Of a DNA stretch of 64,000 nt, positions 13,396-27,695 are shown in pieces. The DNA is from Octopus sinensis. Its lineage: Eukaryota. A program made the position numbers and the translations under genes. The notes beneath the pieces were generated by a model. It saw only the letters and a program-made list of their open reading frames with translations. It did no database searches and was not told the origin of the DNA. Each line of letters starts with the position of its first letter. Within the stretch, counting starts at the first letter, position 1. The stretch lies in NCBI RefSeq assembly GCF_006345805.1, contig NC_043019.1:8493360-8557359 (forward strand), read 5' to 3'.

Positions 13396-13534
13396 GTGTA
13401 TCTTTCTGTAGAAGAGCGTAGGCTCGAAACATAAAAGACCTTTTCTATTTCTGAGCGCTATACTAACACATTTGTCTGTTTGTACACCACCTGCCTTCGT
13501 CTTTTGTTTATTTTCGTAAACTTTCCCTTTATAT
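13396..13534 (+). mobile_element. Dispersed repeat with hammerhead-like motif, copy 2
   Basis: Homologous to 7527-7669; contains tcttt-CTGTAGA-a-gagc-gtag-gctc-GAAA-cat-a-aaaga. Confidence 0.6.
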
Positions 13535-15899
13535 GCACATATATGCCTACATTCGCACTCACACACATATATGTACAAAGACACACACAAACATATATAT
13601 ATGCATGTATGTATAAACACACACAGACACACAAGCTAGTAGAATGTGTTTACATTTCGGTGTTCATTTTACTCAGCCACATTCAATCGCAACTTCCCGG
13701 AAATACTGGAACCCAATATGGCGACATATGAATCTGCCTTACTTATTCATCCTTTGTCTTGTACAGTAAATAATGCTTCGCCGCTGTGGATATGCTACTT
13801 TTGGAATCATTGACGACTAGACAGTGTTTCCCCAACAGGAATCTAAACTATACCAAAATTTAAAAAACACGAACTGTCGAGCAATTTTCTCTTTTAATGA
13901 AATAGACATAAAAAAAAACGCTAATTTTTTCTTTTAAATACCTGATCTCTTACATTTATAAGTGTTTCTCAACTCAAAATGCTGGAAAATAGGAATAAAA
14001 CTCGGGAATAAAACTCGAGCTTGATGTTATCGTCTGGCTTGAAATTAAAATCGTGATATAATACTATTACTATCGCAACGGTGTGTAATGACTTTTTAGG
14101 CAGGCATTCGGAACAAAATGATGTACAGGGCCACACGCATCTTCTCCTGCACCTGTTGTGTGTTAACGCATTTAACGAGCTATTGTATATATATTCAACG
14201 CGTGTTGCCAGAAGGTAAAAAAAAGCTTGCACTAAAAAACTCCCAAACCATTATTAGATACTGCTACAGTACAACTCAATTCACAATGTTTTTTTGTTTT
14301 AGTTGTCAGGTAGGGTAACGGAGTATATATACATACACATGCGTGTGCTTATATATATATCCATCCCTCCCTCCCTCCATCCATCCCTCCCTCCATCCAT
14401 CCCTCCCTCCATCCATCCATCCATCCATACATACATACATACATACTTACATACTTACATACTTACATACATACATATGCATACATACATACTTACATAG
14501 ATAAATTCATATATGTATACATACACATAGAGTGGGGGGGGGATAAATATTCTTACATGTCAAAATTCTTTATTTATTTAATTTCTAATGAACATAAATG
14601 GGCTACACCAATACTATATTTGCATACACATGCATAAACTAAGAATATGCAAAAGAAACTAATAAATTATAGTAAGTAAGGAATTTATATTAAGTTTAAA
14701 GAAGACAGAAAATGGAGATAGCATTGATGAACAACAATTGATTTTGCATCAATTGTTATTTTTATTAATAACTTCGAAAAAGACTTCATCCCATCTAATA
14801 CCTATTTCTGCTGCTAATGTTCTCGGTAATTACCATTATGATGCTGAGAGAATATTTACCATAGTTGTTAATAAATATGATCTGAATCATGGAGCTTCAT
14901 CGGAGTGGAAGATGAATAAAGAAAAAGAAGAGACAAGAAAAGATGAAGGAAATGTTGACTTTGGTGAGAGACATGTCATGTTGCGTGTAGAGCCATTGCA
15001 CGAGCAGTAAATGACCAAATTTTAGAATATAAGGGTTTTTTGTGGGATATTCCTATATACTAGGGGTGGGCATAGGTTAGAAAAATAAAAGCTATTTACA
15101 CAAATCCGATAGGTCAAAGGAGGAGTAAAAATACTATAAATTGTTAGTAATAATTTTTATGTTTAGTGTTCTAAGTAATATTATTTATCATAATAAATCG
15201 ATTATCGATTTAATGGAATTTTTCACTTACTACAAATAGGCGTTTCAGTCAATCCAGCTATTGTCCGAAATAGGTAGGCCAGGGTCTACCACCATATGAC
15301 CCGTTAGTATCTGAAAACAATAGACAGGGTATTAATAAACCGTTATTCTCCGGGGTAAATAGAGAAATGATATATGTAATCAGGGGTACGAAACCGTTTA
15401 ATTCAAAATAAAATTATACAAATATAAAAACAGTAAAATAAAATAAAATAAGACTAATAAAATAATAAAAATTAGAGAATTTTGCGGTTGTACTAAAGAG
15501 GGAGAAGGGTTCTAAATCCATTTAAGTCAACAAAAATAAAAATGAAATTATAAAGATAATACTAAACAATTCTCATTCCAGTTTCACATTTAGAAATATT
15601 GATGGTCAAGGGGAGATAAATGAGTAAACAGTGATCTGAAAGCTCAACCAAGTTGGAAATTTATGCAGCTATCAATGATTTATTTAGTTGATCAGTCAGT
15701 GCATTTATTCTAACCTCTAGCTCAACTAACCTTATATATATATGTATGGATATGTATGTGTGTGAGTGTGTTTGTCTCTGTGTCTGTGTTTGTATAGGTA
15801 TTTGACCCTCACTACTTCTTAACCAGCCTTGGGGTGCTACGCATCTGTTAATCTGTAATTCTCGTTTCGGCGTTCTGATAACAATGAGAAACCAAACTT

Positions 15900-16640
15900 T
15901 CTGACGACATTCGCACGCTGTACTTTATTCAACAACTGCAGGACAATATACAAGAAGATTCGAGCCAGAGATTTTAAGCTTCTACGAGAAGGACGGGAGT
16001 TGGAGACGCCACCAAGTAGTTGGTGCCTAACGACACCGTTCGCTGCCACGCGTCGAAAAAGCGCAAGAGATAAATTCGGAAATGCAAGACCAAGTAGAAC
16101 CGCCTGACGAAGGCAAAGAACTCCTGAAGAAGATTAGTCAGGGATGATCTGTTTCTTCTCAGATGAAACCAATTTTTGCCAGGACCTGTTTCACAACATC
16201 CACAGGGACATACGGAGACCTATCAAATCCTTGCCGGACAGTATTCTTATTGGATGATCACATGGGTGTCAGAAGGATTCGACTACTTGCCATACCATCG
16301 TATGGCAATCGTCGAAACTGATTGTTGCAAAATTTCTAAGAATTGAACAACTCCAATCCTTGCACCTTAATTAACCCGATTGTAACCCTGTGCCTTATTA
16401 CATGTGGGGTGCGTTTAAGAAGACACCGACCGCTCTATTTACACCACCGAGTTGATGGCCAAGATCAAAAACTATTCGTAGACCGCCCTGGAGATGCTAA
16501 AGAATGCATACGCTAGGTTCCTGAGTCGTCATCAGGTTGCCGTTGAGCACAATTGCAGCTACGTAGAGCAAAAGTTTATCTACCAACAATAATCTACTTC
16601 ATGTTTTGATTCTTCTAAAATGCATTTATTTTTAGATGTC
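15900..16640 (+). pseudogene. Decayed Tc1/mariner-superfamily transposase fragment
   Basis: Remnant catalytic motifs across several frames: FFSDETNFCQD (from 16153), KDSTTCHT (cf. QDSAPCHT), PDCNP..YYMWGA (cf. SPDCNPLDYYVWG), ELMAKIK. Many frameshifts and stops; boundaries approximate. Confidence 0.8.
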
Positions 16641-17487
16641 ATATTCTACATTCGTTTCATTTTATGCACTGCCATATTTCTTCCGAACACACTGTGTGCA
16701 ACCACACACGCGCACACACACACACACACTGATGCTCACAAACATACAGACACAACACATACGCATTTGTGTGTGTTATATTTATACAGAATATTAATTT
16801 CCGTATATACACATACATATGTACATACGTGTATATGTGTGTGCACGTGTATGCATGTATATATGTATTTATATATAAATATATCTATATATTTATACAT
16901 ATATATATATATTTATATAAATATGTATATACGTACATACATACTTACATATATACATACATACATATGTTCATATGTATTTTCTTACATATATACATAC
17001 ACATAATTTAATATTAGCTGTGAATATAAATTAATTTAATTTGCACTAAATTGTTGAAATTATAAGAAAATATTGGCAAAGACTTAATTGTTCTTGGAAT
17101 ATATGAACTTGAATGATGAAATATGAACACCTGAGGTGATTTATAATTCTATGACAATTAACATAAATTAGAATTATATAAAATTAGACACTTTAGTAAA
17201 AATTTAATTTATATACATTTTCCCCTATCAGCGTATTTCCAATATATTTTGCAAAGAATATTATATTTGAAGGGATTTATCTTCAATATTCCTTCACTAC
17301 CAAACTTGGTTAATTTCCATAATATTATTTGAGAAAAATATATTCTGTGAGTCAATATAATATCAGCAATTTGATGTTGTTAAAACCCGTACCTGTTGGG
17401 GTCTGGAGTCGAGGTAATCGGTGATACTCCTCTTCAGAAATTCCTGGCCACGTGCCACAATGGGAAACCACTATATTATCAGGTATT

Positions 17488-17815
17488 AAGGCGGTGAGCT
17501 GGCAGAATCGTTAGCACGCCGGGCAAAATGCTTAGCGGTATTTCGTCTGCCGCTACGTTCTGAGTTCAATTTCCGCTGAGGTCGACTCTGCCTTTCATCC
17601 TATCGGAGTCGATTAAATAAGTACCAGTTACGCACTGGGGTCGATATAATCGACTTAATCCGTTTGTCTGTCCTTGTTTGTCCTCTCTGTGCTTAGCCCC
17701 TTGTGGGTAGTAAAGAAATAGGTACTTCATCTGACACTACATTCTGTGTTCCAGTTCCGCTGTTGACGATATCCCCTGTCGATAAAACAAGTCCGGTTGA
17801 ATACTGGGGTCGGAT
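17488..17815 (+). mobile_element. Full tRNA-derived SINE (17488-17720) followed by an older headless SINE body
   Basis: aaggcggtgagctggcagaatcgttagcacgccgggc head, B-box-like gagttcaatttcc, tail gtgggtagtaaagaaata, then ggtacttc and a degenerate second body. Confidence 0.92.
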
Positions 17816-18260
17816 TCACCCCCCACCAAAAACAAAATAAAGGTTTTTATTCCAAAATTTGAAACTAAAATAGTTCAGAGATGTATTTCATAAGATATAT
17901 TTCACAGTTGATATCTTTGAAACAAATAATACTTCTGCATAATAAGGTGGAGTGGTGGAAGACTCGACAGCATGCCGGGGAAATTGCTTCACGTCATTTT
18001 GTCGGTCTTTAGGCTCTTAGTTCCACCAACGTTTAATTTGCCTGGAATGATTTTGGAATCTACAAAATATGTACCATATGCCCACTCAGCCCGATATAAT
18101 CAACTGGCTCCTTCCCCCAAATTGTACCTATAGTAGAAAGGAATATGTATGTAGAATCTTTCTTTCTCTATAAAGTTACATTGGGTGTATAGTTTTGTCA
18201 CTGACAAATCTATACACTTGTGAAAATTCAGGATCTAAATATTTCGAACATAACCGGATA

Positions 18261-18300
<40 letters not shown>

Positions 18301-18336
18301 CATATGATGGGCGTTTTAATTTTGTGTTTTCGCAAT

Positions 18337-18466
18337 CCGCTCACAAAAGCTGAAGTCGGCACGACGCTATTGCAGAAGTCACTTGCCCAAGGTGCCACAC
18401 AGAGGAAGTGAACAGTCGCCGGTGTGGTTGGGAAGCAAGCTTCTTAACGAATAACAGCGTCTACGC
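18337..18466 (-). mobile_element. Degenerate CORE-like SINE head fragment
   Basis: cacttgcccaaggtgccac is the reverse complement of the ccttgggcaagtg motif in the copy at 36652. Confidence 0.7.
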
Positions 18467-19683
18467 ATGTTTTCAGTTTTTCTTTCTTTTAGATCCGTTA
18501 CTATTTCTGTAGCAATACATTTCTCAAATTATTATTAAGTTATTTTAATGACCCTGTTAGTATTTAGAAAAATAAATCTCTTGATTAGTAATATCATTAA
18601 CATAAAATACCTAACAAATTCTCGGTATCCGTAATGCAATTTACTCTGGTTTCGGTTTAAAGTAGCTGCGTTCTAAAACACAGAATTTAACAAATTTCAG
18701 CGTTGAAAATCTAAATATGAAATCGATTGGAAATAGGTGACATAATTAAGTAAGATCTTTTAAAGTAACCAAAGCTAAATTGTAAATGAGTAATCTACAT
18801 TCTTTCTTTCTTATATTTTAGTATAAATCTCATTTCAAGATACACGTTTGGTATTTCATCGAAGTTCTGCAAACGTCCCCCCACACACACACTCACATAA
18901 GATATGACTTCCTCATTGTTTTTATTGTCTCCCTTTTAAAACTATTTGTCACAAGTAACTATTCTCCTTCACCTTGCACTCACAGCCATCACACTCTCAC
19001 GCATTCCTACCTCACAATTAATAACTGATGACTTTTGTCTCTCGCACTTCGAGAATTACGTTTCTACAATTTCTCGTTGAACAATCTGCAGAAATGATTT
19101 TATAATTCATAGTGATGAAATGTTTGTAGTGTGCATTAGTTTACTCCTTCTCTTAACTCGAAGATGCCTGAAACAGACGCAAGGCGTACCATACGACAAG
19201 TGTTGAGGGGGATGGTGTAGAAGTGAGAGATGAAATGTTTGGCCCAAGGACATAATGTACCAATCGGTCCCGACATTGAGACAATGATCTCGCGAACCTG
19301 AGAACAGCACCCTAGAAACTAAACTTGCGCCCTCAGAAAACTATCGATTACACAGTTCATTCGCGTCGAGATCCAATGTCAAACTGAGAAGACCATCGCA
19401 TCTGCCCGCCAGTCAGCCTCTATAACATAGCAAAGTTGCACTACCAGAGAAAACAGTGTCCAACTGACAAACGATTCTGAGTTCCTGACTAGACTCTAGG
19501 TGCCCGGGTCCCTGCTTTGGTTTACGTTTGATCCGGGACTACAGCGTAGTGAAAGTGATGTCTTGTTGAGGAGCGAGTATGAGAAATGGCGACCAAACAT
19601 CTCCACCGCCATAGAAGCGCTGGTGATGTCGTAGTTAACTGTACATGTATATATGTGCGTTTGTGTGTGCATAATATATATAC

Positions 19684-19733
<50 letters not shown>

Positions 19734-19836
19734 GATACATATATATACATGTAAATATATATATAACATATATATATATATATACATGTACATATTTATA
19801 TACATCTACATACACATATATATATAATATACATAC

Positions 19837-19869
<33 letters not shown>

Positions 19870-20440
19870 GAAGAGAGATACAGGTACACACATATGCATA
19901 ACCGCACATAAGTACACACATGCAGACATATATACCCTGTCGCGACTTAACATATTACATTCTACTCACAAATCTCCATATCAACCATAAGCAATGATTA
20001 TGCTTCGTAGTAATTAGTATAGCTTTCTAAACTATTAATCTCCATGAACTAATAAGAATTGCAATCGCAACATGAAACCATAATTACACTAGAGTATGTA
20101 GCGATATATTTGTATTATTTACACTTACAATCCATTAAATTCCCAATGCAAAACAAATTATCAATTAATTCTAATCCAATATTTTTAGTGATTTATACAC
20201 GGTCCATTACAATATATGATTTGTAATTATGAATATTATGACTAAGATTTCCCCATATAATGAATTGAAATGTCGACGTTTAATGCGGTATTTTTTACGT
20301 CCACTTACCCGTAGCTTCCATATTTTAATATAATGCGTTATTCGTGAATAGTGTCTTGTATATGTTCACGGGTCTATCAATGGAGATTTGTTATATGCTG
20401 TTCTATAGAACATATAATCTTACTTTATAAGACACACACA

Positions 20441-20491
<51 letters not shown>

Positions 20492-20516
20492 ATTATATCT
20501 ATCTATCTTCTATCTA

Positions 20517-20554
<38 letters not shown>

Positions 20555-20867
20555 GCGCACACACACCCACAACCAGCACACCACACACACACCAACCACA
20601 TACACACATATTTTCTCTCTGTCTACTTCCTCCTCACCCACTATACGAAACTATAAAAAGGTATCAAACTACCCACAATGATTTGATTTGAAACCCATTA
20701 GAATGGGAGCAAGCGCTAATCCGAATGATATGATATATATGTATGTAATATATAAATAAATATCTACAAATATGAACCATCTGATCTGATTACCTCAATT
20801 TTTCTAATATATAATCTGTACATCATCTCCAAACCTTCCGATATATATATATATATATATATATATA

Positions 20868-20903
<36 letters not shown>

Positions 20904-20956
20904 TCTGTCTGTATGTCTGTCTCTCCCCCTCTCTCTATATATATGTATATATATAA

Positions 20957-21009
<53 letters not shown>

Positions 21010-21961
21010 GATAGGCAGAAACGAGGAAAATGCTACTTGTATTTGAACTCTATACAAATATTCTTTTAAAACAACTTTTCTTTTAGTTTTCTAAATTTAA
21101 TTGTTTAATTGTTACAGTTGAAAAAGTCTCGATGACGGAAACCGGTACTGAAATGTTTTTTATCAAATTATTTTAGCATTTTCTATCTTGACTTTTTCTC
21201 CATACGTATATATAACTATAAAGAAATGAATATATTGTATTAGTACACAATATTGGAGAAGAACAATCTAGGACACATGTGACGTATTCAAGTTTGCTGT
21301 TATTAGCTCGAGACTGGAAAGCTATACATATTATAACTCACACGATTTAGTGCAGTACCGATTTTGAAAATTTACTGAGGTGAAAAATAATTTAAAGTGA
21401 TTATGCAAATTAGTAGTTTAAGCTATAAGGAATTGGCCCAGAACGTAAAAGTATTTTTTATATGTGTTAGATTCTATTTTCATTCATGTTTATGAAGCTG
21501 GGCATGATACGTCATCTTGGATGAATGAAACAATTCTAAGAAATTAACATTTCCGTAGGAACGGATGATTGTAGGGAATCACTTTTAATGTGAGTTATAC
21601 GAAACACAGAGAATTCATGTAATTATGTTTATTCTGGGTATAGAGAAGCTGGGTTAGGCTGGACATGGCTGTTAGCTTATATGCATATGGCCCGAAACAT
21701 AAGCTTCATGTAAGCATATATTCGTGAGCGTTAGCATTTTATTGTTTATGTGTACGGAGATTTCTCCTCTCAGTGAACATTAATATATACTACAAAATGA
21801 ACGTGCATACATACATACATACATACATATATACATATATATATATAATATATTATATATATATGTATGTATGTATGTATCTATGTATATATATATATAT
21901 AAATGCGTATATATATATGTATATATATATACATATATATACATGAATATATATATATAAA

Positions 21962-22000
<39 letters not shown>

Positions 22001-22108
22001 GCATACATACATATATATATATACATACATATATAAATGAATATATATATAATACATATATATATATATATATATAATATATATATATATATATTATACA
22101 CATACATA

Positions 22109-22172
<64 letters not shown>

Positions 22173-23172
22173 AACATATATGAATAAATGCATGCGTGTC
22201 ACGAAAATAGCTTAAACACCTCTCAGCTGAGTTTATATAAGACAACTGAATCTAAAAGCCATTAGCATAGTTTGTTTTCATTCTTGCCTTTTATTTTGTT
22301 TTTGCCGTCCTCAGTTCCGTTTCTGCCTAAGGTTATATGGTGCTTCGTTCAGGAAACCAAACATCGTATATATTATTTTGTTTCTACTTATGTAAACCCC
22401 TATCCACATAACAAACCCAATAACCCCTTTCTCTGAATCAACGAGGGGGATGTTTACGTGGTTGCTATACCTGCCAAGCAACATCAGCCGAATCCCATTT
22501 AAATTACTACACAATAACGACGTGAGTATAATGCCAAAGAGAAACCCATATTGGGTGAAAAGAAATTAATCCTAGACGTACTCAGTTATTCTGCATGAAG
22601 AAGAAGGATTGTGGTTGTAGGTAAAATAATTTTGGTTATATATTACTTAGATTAGGTCTAACATGAGAAGATATACATAACAACAACCTCAATATCAACA
22701 ACAACAGTTGTAGGGAAAACAATACCACCAATAATGTTTATTAATTAGACTGAAGAATGGAAATTGGGGGGAACGTCTTTATCAATTATAGCACCCATAT
22801 TTCTTTACTGGCGCTTGAATACTTTAGCAGAAGTAAATCTGTCCTTGGTGAGCTTTGAACGTAGAATATATAAAAAAAGGGTGTGACAAAATCTGAAGGT
22901 TTAAATGATCCTGTCAATGTTATAGAATAGGAATTAAAAAAAAACGCAGAAAGAAGAAAAAGGAGACGAAATGATGTGTCAACACCACGACTACTATTAT
23001 ATCTATAAGCACAATTACCGCTGCTATTCCTAATCCCTTTCTTTCAGTGGAACTGTTTAACTCTCAGAGAGGATAAGTATACAACGCGCACAACACCGTA
23101 TTAATAAATAAATGGATTTATAGAACAAACATACAGGGAATCCTAGCGTTAGGATTTCTACATCGATTTCTC

Positions 23173-23348
23173 TCATAATTGTATTGACATATCCATAAGC
23201 TCCAGTGGAACACTGTTAGCATATGGCTCAACTAATCTTTCCGTGTTTTCAGCTTGCATGGGAGACAACCCTCGACTTGATCTTGCGTGTTTGTGCTCCG
23301 CCAGCGGAAGTGGCAACTCTCCATAATTTTCCGGTGCTATTGAGATTT
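23173..23348 (-). CDS. Possible terminal coding exon (ISIAPENYGELPLPLAEHKHARSSRGLSPMQAENTERLVEPYANSVPLELMDMSIQL*)
   Basis: Acceptor-like ttttataacaatag, non-repetitive open frame to TGA, protein-like composition. No homolog recognised. Confidence 0.3.
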
Positions 23349-23438
23349 CTATTGTTATAAAATATGCTGACACATCTTTATTGATTACTGAGACGATATG
23401 TTTAGCGTTCTAATGTAAATAGAACGATGTATTATTAT

Positions 23439-23506
<68 letters not shown>

Positions 23507-23612
23507 TTTCATTTGTTGCAGCTGAGACAAGTTTAGACAGATCTACATGTTCCCAATGACGCCGACGTAAGTCAGATATATTTCTGGACTTAATTGTTTT
23601 ATATATATACAC

Positions 23613-23696
<84 letters not shown>

Positions 23697-23849
23697 TATA
23701 TAAATATACAGAGACACACACAAACACACGCACGTTTGTGTGTGTATATCATGCGATTTTATAGTACATCGCTTGTCACAGTGCGCTTTGCCTGGTTTTG
23801 GCTTTTCAAAAATGTCACTCTGCTGGCAATTTAAGGGGGTCACGATTCA

Positions 23850-23980
23850 CCCCGATCAGCTACTCATTTACAGCTGGGCGCATTGGAGCAACGGGAAACG
23901 AAGTGTTCTAATCAAGAACAGAACGCGCACCCAATCCGGCAATCGAACTCACAATCGAACGGTCATCAGGGCAATATACC
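23850..23980 (-). mobile_element. Degenerate tRNA-derived SINE fragment
   Basis: The reverse strand resembles the SINE head at 24106 (gttcgattgccgg...gttctgttcttg...gctccaatgcgcccagctgtaaatgagta). Confidence 0.55.
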
Positions 23981-24105
23981 TATTCAATAACACAAGCAAC
24001 TTCACATATGTGCACATACAGACACACCCGTACGCGCTCACACACCCACATACACACACACATATAGCAACAGACACATGCACACATATATATAATGAAG
24101 ATTAA

Positions 24106-24230
24106 TCGCTCAGTGGTTAGAGTGTCGGGCTCACAATCACGAGGTAGTGAGTTCGTTTCCCAGACCGGGCTGTGTGTTGTGATATTGTGCAACACATTTT
24201 GCCCCAGCCTTTTCCAGTTCACTCATGTGT
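24106..24230 (+). mobile_element. tRNA-derived SINE head
   Basis: A box gctcagtggttagag and B box gagttcgtttccc; no complete cloverleaf. Confidence 0.75.
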
Positions 24231-24247
24231 GACGTCACTGGTGCTAA

Positions 24248-24570
24248 TGCGTAACTGTTACTAATTTCATCGAGTCCGAAAGGATGAAAGGCCACGCTGG
24301 AATTTGAACTCAGAACACGAAGACGGACGAAATACCTATTTCTTTACTACCCACAAGGGGCTAAACACAGAGAGGACAAATAAGGACAGACAAATGGATT
24401 AAGTAGATTATATCGACCCCAGTGCGTAATTGGTTCTTAACTTATCGACCCCGAAAGGATGAAAGGCAAAGTCGACCTCGGCGGAATTTGAACTCAGAAC
24501 GTAGCGGCAGACGAAATACCGCTAAGCATTTTATCCGGTGTGCTATCGATTCTGTCAGCTCGCTGCCTTA
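24248..24570 (-). mobile_element. Full tRNA-derived SINE (24337-24570) joined to an older headless body (24248-24336)
   Basis: Reverse complement of the 17488 family; junction at gaaatacc 24329-24336. Confidence 0.92.
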
Positions 24571-24726
24571 ACATATGCACATAACAATCCTATGTGTAAT
24601 ACATACGAACAGAGACAGTAAAGAACGCATGCTGCTGCTCTACCACGACACACACACACACACGTGCAAGTTTATACTTGTACTACATGCATACATTCAT
24701 AAAGCAATCTAGGTAACAGGAAAGCC

Positions 24727-24781
<55 letters not shown>

Positions 24782-26389
24782 GTCTTCATTTATTCCTGAA
24801 TGTTTGTGTGTGTGTTCTTGTGTGTCTGTCTCAGAATATGTATTTACAGTATATATTACCCGTATTGAGAAGGTCTGTGATTTTAAGCATGAAGACGAGA
24901 GATCTTATAGTGATCGGAAGCCGTGTTTGAAAGTTAATAAAAGAGAGAAATCTAAGTGCGCCAATGTATCTGATCTTGGAGATAGTGCTGGTGGTGGTGT
25001 TAGCGGCTGCAGCGGTTGTGGCTGTGGAGGTGACGGGATAAGTCCACAACCTTAATCAGAAACGAGGTCTTCGAGGATCTATGATTTAGCATTCTTGTAA
25101 CAAATTTTGATCATAATTCTTCCGTTATGCCACGTTTAGGCGATGTTATGGAGAAATATATTTCTCTGTCTTTAAGTACTGCTCAGTAAAATTGTACCCA
25201 AAGCCATTTGTTTCAGGATCGAACACTTTAACCACACATCCATAACGGTTAATTTAATCACTGCCAGAGATGTGAATGTCAATATAATCTCATGATTCCA
25301 TCAACATTAACTGAATGAAAGGGGAATCTGATCCCGCCGTTGATTGAACACCACAAGTTAAAAGACGTTTGACGTCAGACAGGAAAGTATGATATTAAAT
25401 ACACAACCGATTTCATCATCAATCTCCAACACTAATCTGGCATATTTTAATGTTTTGGACGCAAAACCAAAGACATGAAGCGGTGGAAGGAGACCAATAA
25501 ATTTCTCAGTTCTGCCTCTACTTGATTCTCTCCTTTTGTAATTCCATTTTCTCGAAGGACGCCTGCATACAAATATTTAATCGATATTCCTGCATATCTG
25601 ATACTTTATTTTATTGAATGCTGGAATTACGGCTGATAATGATCTCGGCGGGTTTCGAACTCTTAGTCTTTGTGGTGTTACTTGTGTGCGTATGTCCGAC
25701 TTCGGTTTTGTGTGCTGTATAAATATTGAAGTATATGTTTGTTTCTAAAAGTAGACAGAAATGTCCATCCCTCTCTTCTATTACAGAAACATTCATTGCT
25801 AGGTTTCATCGTCCGAACATGAGTCAGCATGGTATTTGTCTACGTCTATAATGTATTGATCTCTTTCGAAATATATAAAAAATTAAGGTAACGGGTAAAA
25901 TGTTGACTGTATTTATATGTAAATGTCCATGCGGTTCCGTCTTGTGTTATAGCACCAATTACGTTTACGGTGAATTATGCGAGAATAAATCAATTTCCAT
26001 ATTGACAACGGTGCGATTTGAAATCGGCCCGAGAAGGGTCTGTTACTTACTTTCGTCTTATAAAACAGTGATATCAACGGATTTGTGGTATTCGATAACA
26101 CCTTCCTGGAAATATTCAGTCAACACAAAAACATGATCGCAAAATTGAGTCTCAGATCTGAACTTAGAATCTAATACTGAGCAGATATTTAGCTGATGCC
26201 TATTGTAATTGCGGATGGCATTTGGTTATTATTGCGTATCATCGCTCCTGAAATGGAACAAAACAACGCTATTGATTTTGCTGTTGTTAAAAACCTGCTG
26301 ATCATGGCTGATCGAAGCTTCAACGTAGAACAGCCTAAATATTATAGCGATTTCAAATTTTGGCTCAGCGCCAGCAATGTTTGGGGGGT

Positions 26390-26560
26390 ATGGTATGTCG
26401 ATTACATCGAAACTAGTGTTTAACTGGGAATTATATCGATCCCAAAATGATAAAAGACAAATCCATTTCAACGAAATTTGGATACGGATCATAAAAAACG
26501 GACGAAATATCACTAAGCATTTTGTCCGGCATGCTAACGGTTCTACCAGCTTGTCGCCGG
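26390..26560 (-). mobile_element. Old degenerate copy of the abundant SINE
   Basis: gtcgattacatcga...cactaagcattttgtccggcatgctaacggttctaccagct. Confidence 0.75.
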
Positions 26561-27164
26561 AAACTGGCAAAACATTTTGTTACTAGTTTTACTAAAGCAC
26601 AGAATATAACAGCGTGAAATATTCGACATGGCGTCTTACGTTGAGAATTCAAATTCCACGAAGGTCAGGATATGTCCTTCGTTCTCTTGGAGTCGATAAA
26701 TAAATTAGTAGTCTACTTGTGTTGTTTCTCTTCTCCTCTCATCTTCATCTCACAATCGGCTTCATGGAAGGTAGCAAGAAGAGAGCATTCATATTCTGCG
26801 CGAAACAAATCCTCCCACGACCACCCTATAAACTCACTATCAAAAGAGCTAGTTCTGAAAATCGCGAAGTAATTTCTGAGATGGACTCCGAAATTTTATT
26901 AATCTACGACATTGACAATACATTCAGGATGAAAGCCAGCAAGGATTAAGGTCATTCTTTCCCTGAATTCTTATCCGGCGTTCTTAAAGAGGACGCTTTC
27001 AATAATTCGTTCTTGTTTCCTTGCACATCGGATTAGAAAATGAGAAAGGGCGGTGATCACGGCTACAGTATATTTGACTGATCGATTATATCTCTCATCG
27101 ATCACGGTTAACCTGGGGCTAAGTAACATAACTACCCAAAACAGAAGCTTTCTTATGGACGCAG

Positions 27165-27211
<47 letters not shown>

Positions 27212-27564
27212 TAGAAGTGGAAATATTGGTATCCTTGGTGATAATGTTAAAGGTGATTGAGGTGGAGGTAATTGTGTTATCTTTGCGGTTGCCGTTCATG
27301 TTCCCGAGAAAGGTGGCGCTGCTGTTGTTGTTTTTGTTGTTGTTGGCAGCGGTGGTGGTGGTGGTTTGGAAGGGTATGGAGGTGACGACTCTGTAGTTGT
27401 GGGTTTGCGGTGTAGGGATGTCGGCGGTAATGGCGATGCTGATGGTAGTCTAACTACCAGTTACGGTGGGGGAAGGGTTAGGGGCCCTCACTGAGTGCGA
27501 TGTCTAATTAAAATGCAACCCCTTAAGGGGGAATAAATACTTGAAGTGGAAAGAAAATTGTAAT

Positions 27565-27648
27565 GAAGAAGAAGAAGAAGAAGAAGAAGAAGAAGAAGAA
27601 GAAGAAGAAGAAGAAGAAGAAGAAGAAGAAGAAGAAGAAGAAGAAGAA

Positions 27649-27695
<47 letters not shown>

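Noticed and set aside
15040-15620. Possible mitochondrial insertion (cytochrome b-like GGRP)
   Set aside because: No sustained frame or PEWY-type motif under the invertebrate mitochondrial code; more likely an unclassified repeat.
17401-17437. Minus-strand CTGAAGA followed by a GGAGT/ACTCC stem
   Set aside because: The stem is followed by AGAC rather than GAAA, and stems I and III are absent.
21126-21146. CGATGA-cg-GAAACCGGT hammerhead-like string
   Set aside because: The core lacks U4, and there is no stem II or stem I.
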